A DNA stretch of 64,000 bases from Candidatus Fervidifonticultor sextus (lineage in GTDB: Bacteria > Sysuimicrobiota > Sysuimicrobiia > Sysuimicrobiales > Humicultoraceae), in NCBI GenBank assembly GCA_031459875.1, contig JAVKHQ010000012.1, forward strand, positions 14,848-78,847. The letters run 5' to 3'. A program made the position numbers and the translations under genes. The first letter of the stretch is position 1, and each line of letters begins with the position of its first letter. This document shows, one piece after another, positions 8,671-16,941 of this stretch. The notes beneath the pieces are model-generated. The model worked only from the letters and a program-made list of their open reading frames with translations. It did no database searches and had not been told where the DNA came from.

Positions 8671-10669
8671 GATCGGTCGCTTCGCCCTCCAGGCCGGGGT
8701 CGTCGTCGCCCTCTACGGCTTGGTCGTGACGGTGCTGGGCATCCGGTGGCATCACGGCGGGTTCCTGGAGGCGGGCCGGCGGGCTGCGGTCGTCTGGGCG
8801 CTGCTGATGGCGCTGGCCAGTGCCGCGCTGTTCGCCGCCTTCCTGTCCAGGGATTTCTCCGTGCGCTTCGTCGCTGCGGCCAGCGAGTCGACCCAGTCGC
8901 TGTTCTACACCGTGACGGCGTTCTGGGGCGGGCACGACGGGGCCCTGCTCCTGTGGGCGCTGATCCTGGCGGGGTACCTGGTGGCCGGGATCCGGAGCCT
9001 GCGGCACCATCCCGACTTCCAGGCGCCGGCAGCGGCGACGCTGTTGCTGATCGCGGCGTTCTTCTCGCTCCTGCTGGCTGCGGCCAGCAACCCCTTTGCG
9101 CCCATGATCCCGCCGCCGCCGGACGGACAGGGTCTCAACCCGCTGCTGCGCAACCCCTGGATGGCTGCCCACCCGCCGACGCTGTACCTGGGCTTTGTGG
9201 GGATGAGCATGCCGTTTGCGGTGGCGGTCGCCGCCCTGGTCACCGGTCGGCTCGACGACACCTGGATCGTACTGGCGCGACGGTGGGTCGTGGTCGCCTG
9301 GATGTTCCTCACGCTGGGCCTGCTCTTTGGGGCGAAGTGGTCGTACGTGGTGCTGGGGTGGGGAGGGTACTGGGCCTGGGACCCGGTGGAGAACGCGGCC
9401 TTCATGCCCTGGCTGACCGCCACGGCGTTCCTGCACTCGATCCAGATTCAGGAGCGCCGCGGCATGCTGGCCACCTGGAACGTGGCCCTGGTCCTGATCA
9501 CCTTCGGCCTGACGATCTTCGGGACGTTCCTGGTCCGCAGCGGGGTGCTGTCCTCGATCCACGCGTTCGCCCAGTCGCCGATCGGTTACCTTTTCCTGGG
9601 CTTCCTGGCGGTGCTGCTGGTGGGGTCCTTTGCGCTCCTGGCCTGGCGGTGGGACGCCCTCCACAGCCGCGGGACCGTGGAGTCCGTGGTCAGCCGGGAG
9701 ACCGCGTTCCTCGCCAACAACCTGCTGTTCGTCGTCGCCGCCGTGGTCGTGTTCCTCGGGACGATTTTCCCGGCCCTCACCGAGGCCTTCCGCGGGGTCA
9801 AGATCAACGTGGGGCCCACCTACTTCAATATGGTGATGATCCCCATCGCCGTGGGCATCCTGCTGCTCATGGGGGTGGGGCCGCTGCTGCCGTGGCGGCG
9901 GGCGACCCCCGAGCAGCTCTCCCGCAACTTCATGCTCCCCGGGGCTGGCGCCCTCCTGGTCGCCCTGGTGCTGGCACTGCTCGGCGTCCGCTCCAGCGGC
10001 GCGCTGCTGGTCTTCGCGCTGGCGGCCTTCGTTTTCGGCACCATCGTCCTGGAGGCGGCCAGGGGGACGGCGGTGCGGATGCGGCGGGGCGAGGGACCGG
10101 CTGTGGCCCTGGTCCGTCTGGTGGTCCGCAACCGCCGCCGGTACGGCGGCTACACGGTGCACCTCGGCATCCTGCTCATGCTGGTGGGGATTGCGGGCAG
10201 CAGCGCCTTTGCCACGCAGGGGCAGGCCATGGTGCGGCCCGGTGAGCGGTTTTCCGTGGCCGGCTATACCCTGGAGTACGGCGGCCTCAGCCACTTCGAG
10301 CAGCCGGGGATCGACATCACCGAGGCGTCGGTAAGGGTCTGGGCCGGATCGAAGCCGCTGGGGGTCCTGCGGCCGCAGCGGTTGTTCTACCGCACCGCCG
10401 AGCAGCCGATGCACCACGTGGCGATCCGCTCCTCGGTGCGCGAGGACCTTTACGTCATCCTCTCGGAGTGGACGCCGGACGGTCGGGCGCTGATCCGCGT
10501 GCTCGTCCACCCGCTGGTCTCCTGGTTGTGGGCCGGGGGCGCAGTCGTCGCCCTGGGCGTGATCCTGGCGGTCCTGCCCGAGACGTGGCGGCGCCTCCAC
10601 CCCGCCGCCGCCCCGGTGCGTCGGCGTCCGCTGCCGGTCCCCGTCGGCGACTCCCCCGGGGCGTCGTGA
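8663..10669 (+). CDS. ccmF: Cytochrome c heme lyase CcmF
   Basis: GLNPLL.NP.M..HPP.LY.G, WGGYWAWDPVENA, RSGVLSSIHAFA, GGYTVHLG. Confidence 0.96.
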   Translation: MGEIGRFALQAGVVVALYGLVVTVLGIRWHHGGFLEAGRRAAVVWALLMALASAALFAAFLSRDFSVRFVAAASESTQSLFYTVTAFWGGHDGALLLWALILAGYLVAGIRSLRHHPDFQAPAAATLLLIAAFFSLLLAAASNPFAPMIPPPPDGQGLNPLLRNPWMAAHPPTLYLGFVGMSMPFAVAVAALVTGRLDDTWIVLARRWVVVAWMFLTLGLLFGAKWSYVVLGWGGYWAWDPVENAAFMPWLTATAFLHSIQIQERRGMLATWNVALVLITFGLTIFGTFLVRSGVLSSIHAFAQSPIGYLFLGFLAVLLVGSFALLAWRWDALHSRGTVESVVSRETAFLANNLLFVVAAVVVFLGTIFPALTEAFRGVKINVGPTYFNMVMIPIAVGILLLMGVGPLLPWRRATPEQLSRNFMLPGAGALLVALVLALLGVRSSGALLVFALAAFVFGTIVLEAARGTAVRMRRGEGPAVALVRLVVRNRRRYGGYTVHLGILLMLVGIAGSSAFATQGQAMVRPGERFSVAGYTLEYGGLSHFEQPGIDITEASVRVWAGSKPLGVLRPQRLFYRTAEQPMHHVAIRSSVREDLYVILSEWTPDGRALIRVLVHPLVSWLWAGGAVVALGVILAVLPETWRRLHPAAAPVRRRPLPVPVGDSPGAS

Positions 10670-10950
10670 TCGAGGCCGCCTTCTTCGTCGTCGCGGTGCT
10701 GGCTGCCCTCTATCTGCTGGCGCCGGCCCTCCGTCCGGGCGAGGTGCCGGCGCCAGACCCCCGTGCAGCGCTGGAGGCCGCGCGCGACGCCGCGCTGCGT
10801 TCGCTCAAGGACCTCGACCTCGACTGGGCCACCGGCAAGCTCTCCGACGAGGACTACCGAACCCAGCGTGCGGCGCTGGAGGCCGAGACGGCGGCCATCG
10901 TGCGACAGCTGGCGGCGCTGGAGCCCCAGACGCCGGAGGCGGGCGAGTGA
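10666..10950 (+). CDS. Small membrane protein resembling the N-terminal part of CcmI/CycH
   Basis: GTGA overlap with ccmF; TM followed by LKDLDLDWATGKLSDEDY helix. Confidence 0.6.
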   Translation: MIEAAFFVVAVLAALYLLAPALRPGEVPAPDPRAALEAARDAALRSLKDLDLDWATGKLSDEDYRTQRAALEAETAAIVRQLAALEPQTPEAGE

Positions 10951-11924
10951 TCCCCCGCCGGGCACTGGCGCTGGCCGCCTTCCTCGGGGCGCTCCTGGCG
11001 GGGGAGATGGGTTCCGCAGACGGCGCCACCCCGGGGCTGCCCCTCGTATCCCCGGCGCCGGCCGGGCCTGCAGGCGGCGGCATCACCGGCCTGGTGCGCA
11101 ACGGGACCACCGGGCAGCCGACGCCGGGCGTCCTGATCCAGCTGGTGCTCATCGGTCCACAGGGGCCCCAGGTCGCCGCCGAGACCCGCAGCGATGCGCG
11201 GGGGCAGTTCGCCTTCCGCGGCCTGGTCGACGGCCGGTACCTGCTCCAGGCCCGCTATCAGGGCGTCTCGTATGCCACACACGCCGTGCTGAGCGGCGGT
11301 GCGGCCGCAGATGTCGTCGTGCAGGTCTTCGACGCGTCGCCGAGCGTGCCGTTGCGCCTCGGGCTGCTGGGCGTGGCCGTCGACGTGCGCGCAGGGTACG
11401 TGCGCGTCTCAGAGGTGGCGCACCTGCAGAATCCCACAACCCGGACGCTGCTCGGCGAGGTCGTCATCCCGCTCCCCCGCGGTGGCCGCTACGTCACCTT
11501 CCTGGAGGGGTTCCACCAGCCGCGGGCACGGGACGCGCAGATCGCCGACCGCCTGATCGTCCGGCCCGGCGGCCACCAGCTGGCCTACGCCTACAGCCTG
11601 CCCGGCAGCGGCGAGGTCTCCCTCGACCGCCGGCTGGTGTGGCCGACCGACCGCGTCGAAGTCTTCGTGACGGCGCCGGCCGAAGCGCGCTCGCCCCGGC
11701 TGCAGCCGATGCCGGCGGTGACCAACGAGGAAGGGCGGACCTTTACCCGCGCCTCCGGCCGCGCGGTGCCCCCGGGCGACCTCCCGATCTCCGTCATCGG
11801 TGTCCCGGACGCGCGGCTCTGGACGGCCCCGGCGGCCGCCGGGACGCTGGCGGTGGTGCTCACCGTGGGGTTGATGTGGGCCATCCGCAGGGCAGGAGTT
11901 GTCACCGGCGCGCAGAACCCGTAA
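10947..11924 (+). CDS. Exported, C-terminally membrane-anchored protein with carboxypeptidase-regulatory-like beta-sandwich domain
   Basis: Signal peptide, ITG.VRNGTT, TRSDARGQFAF..L..G.Y, C-terminal TM. Confidence 0.65.
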   Translation: MIPRRALALAAFLGALLAGEMGSADGATPGLPLVSPAPAGPAGGGITGLVRNGTTGQPTPGVLIQLVLIGPQGPQVAAETRSDARGQFAFRGLVDGRYLLQARYQGVSYATHAVLSGGAAADVVVQVFDASPSVPLRLGLLGVAVDVRAGYVRVSEVAHLQNPTTRTLLGEVVIPLPRGGRYVTFLEGFHQPRARDAQIADRLIVRPGGHQLAYAYSLPGSGEVSLDRRLVWPTDRVEVFVTAPAEARSPRLQPMPAVTNEEGRTFTRASGRAVPPGDLPISVIGVPDARLWTAPAAAGTLAVVLTVGLMWAIRRAGVVTGAQNP

Positions 11925-11931
11925 TCACGTC

Positions 11932-12837
11932 GTGAGGCTGTGCGGGCCGTCTGGCACTCTCCGGTCCTTCCTGGTGCTCGTGGCGTTCGCAATGGTGGCA
12001 GCCGGCTGTCAGCCGACCCTCAGGGTCCGGGGCCAGGCGGCGACCGTGGGCGCCGGGCTGCCTCAGGCGCCCGCCGCGAAGGCGCTGGCGCCGACCAACC
12101 CGCGGCCGTCGGCCGAGCGCGGACGGGCCGTCTACGAGCGGGCCTGCTGGCCCTGTCACGGCAACACCGGGTTGGGCGACGGGCCGGCGGCCGCCGGCCT
12201 GGTCGCCCCGCACAAGAACCCGATGACCGACTTCTTCGGCATGTTCGGCATCAAGATCAAGGGCGAAGACCTGCCGTCGCGGCCGGCCAACTTCCACAAT
12301 CAGGTGGCCATGCGGCTGAATGCGCCGTTCTCGCTGTTCGAGGTGATCAAGCTGGGGCGTCCCCACACCGCCATGCCGGCCTTCAGTCCCAAGGCGGCCT
12401 ACGGTGCCAACCGGGGGTTCCCGACGCTGACCGACGCGCAGATCTGGGACGTGCTCTTCTACGAGTGGACCTTCGCCACGGCCCCGGCCGCCGTGGAGCG
12501 GGGCCGGCGGATCGACCAGGAGCAGGCCATCGAGATCGGTGGGCAGTCGACGACGTGCGCGGCCTGCCACGGGCCCGCCGGCGACGGCCGGGGCGGCGCC
12601 CGCAGCGCCGAGATGGCGGCGCGGGTCTGGGGGTGGGACAAGGGCGTCGGTCCAGGCATCTTCACCGACGTCAACCGCATGCTGCAGCAAAAGCCCGCAG
12701 AACTCTTCCAGCGCATCATCCGCGGCCACGGGCTGATGCCCGCGTACCGCGATCTTTTGAGTGAAGACGACGTGTGGGCTCTGGTAGACTATCTGTGGAC
12801 GTTCGTCTACGACTACCGGCCGGCGCGGGGGCAGTAG
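11932..12837 (+). CDS. Diheme c-type cytochrome, probable lipoprotein; cytochrome c subunit of Rieske/cytb operon 1
   Basis: Lipobox-like VAAGC; CWPCH and CAACH each followed by an MPA distal Met; start uncertain (11899-11992). Confidence 0.85.
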   Translation: MRLCGPSGTLRSFLVLVAFAMVAAGCQPTLRVRGQAATVGAGLPQAPAAKALAPTNPRPSAERGRAVYERACWPCHGNTGLGDGPAAAGLVAPHKNPMTDFFGMFGIKIKGEDLPSRPANFHNQVAMRLNAPFSLFEVIKLGRPHTAMPAFSPKAAYGANRGFPTLTDAQIWDVLFYEWTFATAPAAVERGRRIDQEQAIEIGGQSTTCAACHGPAGDGRGGARSAEMAARVWGWDKGVGPGIFTDVNRMLQQKPAELFQRIIRGHGLMPAYRDLLSEDDVWALVDYLWTFVYDYRPARGQ

Positions 12838-12841
12838 GGAG

Positions 12842-13504
12842 ATGGCGCAGGACCCAGGGGTGGACCGCAGGCGGTTCTTGAAGATGGCCGCGAGCCTGCC
12901 CATCGCCGGAGGCCTGATCGCTTTTGCCTCGCCCCTGCTGCGCTTCCTCAAGCCCAACGTGGACCCCTTCGCCGTGCTCACCCCCACGGCCGAAGACGTC
13001 CCGACGGGGGAGCCGGTGGTGGCGGCCGCGCTGTCCGAGATCCCCAGGCCGTGGGACTTCAAGTACTTCGTCTTCACCCAGAAATACCCGCAGTACACGC
13101 CCGAGGGCTTCAAGACGCAAGCGGTGCCCGGCGTCGTCATCCGGCTGCCGCGGAAGATCCGCCTCCCGTGGGCGTGGGTGCGCCAGACGGGCGAGACCCC
13201 GCAGTTCGAGGAGAGCGAGATCATCGCGTTTTCGCGGATCTGCCCGCACCTCGGTTGCATCTACAACTACGTGCCGGAGTGGCGGGAAATCACCTCCGGG
13301 TACGGCGGCTACGTTCCCGAGCCGAGCCGCCGGCATGCCCTGATGGGCTGCCCGTGCCACCTGAGCATCTACGACCCGGCGGACCCGGAGCAGCCGGGCC
13401 GGGTGCTCTCGGGTCCGGCGCCGCGGCCGCCGCGCACGTTCTTCTACGAGATCCAGCAGGAGCGGATCCTGGTCAAGCGCGTGGAACCCGGCGGGATCGC
13501 CTGA
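12842..13504 (+). CDS. Rieske [2Fe-2S] protein with Tat-type anchor
   Basis: DRRRFLK; CPHLGC and CPCHLSIY boxes; GPAPRP. Confidence 0.92.
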   Translation: MAQDPGVDRRRFLKMAASLPIAGGLIAFASPLLRFLKPNVDPFAVLTPTAEDVPTGEPVVAAALSEIPRPWDFKYFVFTQKYPQYTPEGFKTQAVPGVVIRLPRKIRLPWAWVRQTGETPQFEESEIIAFSRICPHLGCIYNYVPEWREITSGYGGYVPEPSRRHALMGCPCHLSIYDPADPEQPGRVLSGPAPRPPRTFFYEIQQERILVKRVEPGGIA

Positions 13505-13531
13505 TGAGGGAGTGGTCGGTCCGGTGATGCG

Positions 13532-14686
13532 ATGACCGCGATGCTGGCCAATCTCCAGGAGTGGTACCGCGACCGGCGGGCGAAGCTCGACCTGTTCGAC
13601 GAGACCCTGGTCGCCCAGCAGGCGAATCCCCTCTACCTGCTGGGGCCGATGCTCTACTACTTCTGGATCGTCACCGTTGCCAGCGGCGTGATCCTCATGT
13701 TCTGGTACGAGCCGACGCCCACCGGCGCCTACAACTCGATCCTCCACATCCAGCACGAGGTGCCGCTGGGCTGGCTGTGGCGCGGGGTCCACAAGTACGC
13801 TGCCGACGGCGTGATCATCACCATCATCCTGCGGATCTACCGGATGTACTTCCTGGGCGAGTACAAGAAGCCCGGGGAACTTTCCTGGATCTGGGCGTTC
13901 GCCGGCCTGATCCTGGGCATGATCTCGGGCATTACCGGCTACCTCCTGATCTGGAACCAGCGGGCATTCTGGGCGGCGAAGACCGTGCTGACCGTCCCGG
14001 TCTACTTCGACGAGTTGACCGCGAAGATTCCGGTGATCGGCGAACGGTTCCAGCTGGGCTCCATGATCGCATACCTGTTCCTGGGCGGCCCGGCCGTCGG
14101 CGCGGCCACGTTGACCCGCTTCTACGCCCTGCACTTCGGCATCTCGCTGGTCCTGCTGATTGTGGCCGAGGTCTTCTACTACCGCACCCGCCGCCGGCGC
14201 CTCAACATGTCGCTGTTTCCCGTCCTGCTGTTCTCGGCGATGCTGGTTTTCATCAGCTGGGCGCTGCCGGCCGAACTGGGCCGGCGGGCTGACCCCAACC
14301 GGACCCCGCTGCCGATCCTCTCGGACTGGTACTTCCTGGCCCTCTACCAGTACGTGAAATACACGCCCCCGCTGTGGGCCGGGCTGGGCCCGGGCCTGTT
14401 GATCGGGTTCGGGATGCTGGTGCCCTTCCTGGATCGCAGCAAGGGTCGGCGGCCGCTGGAGCGCCCGTTCTTCTTCGTCGTCGGGCTGCTGGCGCTGGCG
14501 TACTTCCTGATCTTCACGACCCTCATCATGTTCAACATCGCGGTCATCGAGCGCGAGCCGCCCATCGTCCTGCTGGTCACCACGGTGGTCCTGCTGGCGG
14601 CGTTCATCTGGGAGGTGCGGTACCGCCGCCGTCAGGCTCAGGCAGCGGCGCCGCCGCCACATCCGGCGCGGGCCCCTGCCCACTGA
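13532..14686 (+). CDS. Cytochrome b (b + subunit IV fused), lacking heme bH histidines
   Basis: GWLWRGVH, YKKPGELSW, TGYLLIWNQ.AFWA, TLTRFYALH, ILSDWYF (PEWY equivalent). Confidence 0.9.
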   Translation: MTAMLANLQEWYRDRRAKLDLFDETLVAQQANPLYLLGPMLYYFWIVTVASGVILMFWYEPTPTGAYNSILHIQHEVPLGWLWRGVHKYAADGVIITIILRIYRMYFLGEYKKPGELSWIWAFAGLILGMISGITGYLLIWNQRAFWAAKTVLTVPVYFDELTAKIPVIGERFQLGSMIAYLFLGGPAVGAATLTRFYALHFGISLVLLIVAEVFYYRTRRRRLNMSLFPVLLFSAMLVFISWALPAELGRRADPNRTPLPILSDWYFLALYQYVKYTPPLWAGLGPGLLIGFGMLVPFLDRSKGRRPLERPFFFVVGLLALAYFLIFTTLIMFNIAVIEREPPIVLLVTTVVLLAAFIWEVRYRRRQAQAAAPPPHPARAPAH

Positions 14687-14692
14687 GGCGCC

Positions 14693-14971
14693 ATGCGGAC
14701 GCTGCGCTCCTGGGCGGTGTTTGTGGCGGCGGTCGTCTCGTTCTCGCGGCTGTGGCAGGGGGTCCGCGCGGCGCTGGAGGGCGGGCGCCTCTATGGCCCG
14801 CTCGAGGCCCTGTTCTGGATGGGCCTGTTCCTGGGGAGCATGGGGTACCTGGCCTTTCTGATCTACGCAGCGGACCGGGCCGCCGGCCGCACGCGCCGGC
14901 CGATGCCGCTGTTCGACCGCCTGCTGGACCGCCGCACGGGAACCGGTGAGGTGGGGGCCCGTGGGCGCTGA
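14693..14971 (+). CDS. Small two-TM membrane protein in Rieske/cytb operon 1
   Basis: GAGG RBS, two hydrophobic segments, tight operon packing. Confidence 0.65.
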   Translation: MRTLRSWAVFVAAVVSFSRLWQGVRAALEGGRLYGPLEALFWMGLFLGSMGYLAFLIYAADRAAGRTRRPMPLFDRLLDRRTGTGEVGARGR

Positions 14972-15188
14972 ACGGGCGCGCTATGCCGCCGCCGTCTTTG
15001 TCCTGGCGGGCATCGGGGCGGCCTGCGCGGTGGTCATCGTCCTCGGCGAGATCCTGGGGGGCCCGCAGCGGCCCTGGTTCTGGCAGGCCGGCGGCGCGGC
15101 GCTGGGCCTGATCTTCGTGGTCTACGGCCTGATCCTGCTGTTGCTGCGGAAGATGGGGCTGGTCGGCCCGCGGCGGGCCGAGCGCTAG
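14961..15188 (+). CDS. Small two-TM membrane protein in Rieske/cytb operon 1
   Basis: Two hydrophobic segments, overlaps upstream stop; start uncertain (14946/14961). Confidence 0.6.
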   Translation: MGAERARYAAAVFVLAGIGAACAVVIVLGEILGGPQRPWFWQAGGAALGLIFVVYGLILLLLRKMGLVGPRRAER

Positions 15189-15199
15189 GGGGGGGCGGC

Positions 15200-16357
15200 G
15201 TGTACCGGCGGACGCTTTCGGCCCTGCTGCGCTGGACCCTGCGGTTGGACGTGTTCGTCAACCGCGTCTGGCCGTCCGACCTGAACCCGCTGTACTACAC
15301 TGGCGGACTCGCCAACCTGTTCCTGTTCATCCTGGTGCTCTCAGGCCTCTTCATCTTCTTCTACTACGTGCCGAGCCTGGGAGGGGCGCACGCGTCGGTG
15401 GCCTACCTCACGGAGCAGGTGCCCTACGGCGGGTTGATCCGGGGTATCCACCGGTATGCGGCCGACGCGTTCATCGTGGCGGCGCTGCTGCACCTGTTCC
15501 GCAACTGGTTCACCGACCGCTACCTGTTCGCGCGGGACTCCCCGTGGATCTCCGGCATGTTCATGCTGCTGCTGGGCGGGTTCGTCGGCGCAACCGGCTA
15601 CATCCTGGTGTGGGACGAGCGGGGGCTGGTCGTCCTCTCGGTCTTCGTCGACATGCTGAAGTCCATCCCCGGTGCCGGCGACTTCCTGGCCGCCCTGCTG
15701 GTGGGCGGGTCGGGCCTCTCGGAGGGCACGTTGCCCCGCGTGCTGCTGCTGCACGTGGGGCCGGCCTCGGCACTCTACCTCCTCCTCTGGTGGCACTACG
15801 TGCGGCTGCGCCACCCCAAGGTCTGGCCGCCCGCCACCTGGGTGCTGATCTCGCTGGGGGTCGTCACGCTGCTGGCCGCGCTGGTGCCCGCTGTCAGCGG
15901 CACGCCCGCCGTCCCGGGCGCTGCGCCCCGCGCCATGGCCGTCGATGTCTTCTTCCTGCTGCCGTTCTGGCTGGCCGGCTACCTGCCGTCCATCGTGATC
16001 GTCGGGGCGGTCGCCCTGCTGTTCGCGGGCGGTTTCGTGATCCCCTACGTCAGCCGCGAGTCCCCCCGGCAGATGGGCGTGCGGCACGCCGGGGTGGCCC
16101 AGGTGATCGACGGGAACTGCACCGGGTGCGAACTGTGCTACTACGACTGCCCGTACAACGCCATTGTCATGGTGCCCTCGCCCTACCCTGGGCTGACGCG
16201 GGCCGCGGCGAACCGGAAGCTGCTGGCTGTCGTGGTCGACTCCCGGTGCGTGGAGTGCGGCATCTGCATCGGCGCCTGCCCCTTCGAGGCGCTGGAACTG
16301 CCGGGGTTGCTGGAGGCCGACGTGCGGCGGCGGATTGCCGAGGCGGTGCGCGCATGA
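15200..16357 (+). CDS. Cytochrome b fused to a C-terminal 2x[4Fe-4S] ferredoxin domain
   Basis: LNPLYYTG, RGIH-x13-H, H-x13-H in helix D; CTGCELCYYDCP and CVECGICIGACP. Confidence 0.88.
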   Translation: MYRRTLSALLRWTLRLDVFVNRVWPSDLNPLYYTGGLANLFLFILVLSGLFIFFYYVPSLGGAHASVAYLTEQVPYGGLIRGIHRYAADAFIVAALLHLFRNWFTDRYLFARDSPWISGMFMLLLGGFVGATGYILVWDERGLVVLSVFVDMLKSIPGAGDFLAALLVGGSGLSEGTLPRVLLLHVGPASALYLLLWWHYVRLRHPKVWPPATWVLISLGVVTLLAALVPAVSGTPAVPGAAPRAMAVDVFFLLPFWLAGYLPSIVIVGAVALLFAGGFVIPYVSRESPRQMGVRHAGVAQVIDGNCTGCELCYYDCPYNAIVMVPSPYPGLTRAAANRKLLAVVVDSRCVECGICIGACPFEALELPGLLEADVRRRIAEAVRA

Positions 16358-16836
16358 CGGACCCTGCCCCCCCACCCGGCGGGGGAGCGCCGCGCGTGGT
16401 GGGCTTCGTGTGCGACTGGGCGGTCTCCACGGCAGGCCTCACCGATGCCGCCGGCCGTCTGCTCGCCCATCCGTCGGTGGTGCTGATCCGCGTCCCCTGC
16501 TCGGGATTCATCCGGCCCTCGTGGCTGGAGGAGACGCTGCGGGATGGGGCGGATGGAGTCTTCGTCGTGGGGTGTCCGTACGGCGACTGCCTCAACCGCG
16601 AGGGAAACTACCTCATGCGGGAGCGCATCGAGCAACTGCAGCGGCGGCTGCAGCGCCGGAAGGTCGAGCCGGAACGGCTGTCCATGCTGGCCCACGGCCT
16701 CCACGACCGAGAGGCGTTCCTGGCCGACGTCGGGGCGCTGGTGGAGGCGCTGGAGCGGCTGGGGCCCGCGGCCAGGCCCGTCCCGCTGCGGGCCGCGGTC
16801 CCGGCAGCGGCCCCCGCTGAGGAGGGGAAACCGTGA
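16354..16836 (+). CDS. MvhD/FlpD-like [2Fe-2S] protein (hydrogenase delta-subunit family)
   Basis: VGFVCDW, IRVPCSG, GADGVFVVGCPYGDC...GN, EPERL; ATGA overlap. Confidence 0.85.
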   Translation: MTDPAPPPGGGAPRVVGFVCDWAVSTAGLTDAAGRLLAHPSVVLIRVPCSGFIRPSWLEETLRDGADGVFVVGCPYGDCLNREGNYLMRERIEQLQRRLQRRKVEPERLSMLAHGLHDREAFLADVGALVEALERLGPAARPVPLRAAVPAAAPAEEGKP

Positions 16837-16937
16837 AGCGCCCGCTGCGTGTATGGGTCTCCTACATCCTCTTCTACCTGTTCTTCTTCATCCTGCTGCT
16901 GTTCGTGGCATCGTTCGGGCTCATCGCCGAAGCCTGA
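16833..16937 (+). CDS. 34-aa single-TM peptide (not in ORF track)
   Basis: GAGGAGGGG RBS; GTGA overlap with mvhD-like stop; MKRPLRVWVSYILFYLFFFILLLFVASFGLIAEA. Confidence 0.65.
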   Translation: MKRPLRVWVSYILFYLFFFILLLFVASFGLIAEA

Positions 16938-16941
16938 CCCG

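Noticed and set aside
13532..14686. Cyt b #1 as a pseudogene
   Set aside because: It is a full-length intact frame with other motifs conserved; losing exactly the two ligands of the same heme looks selective rather than random decay.
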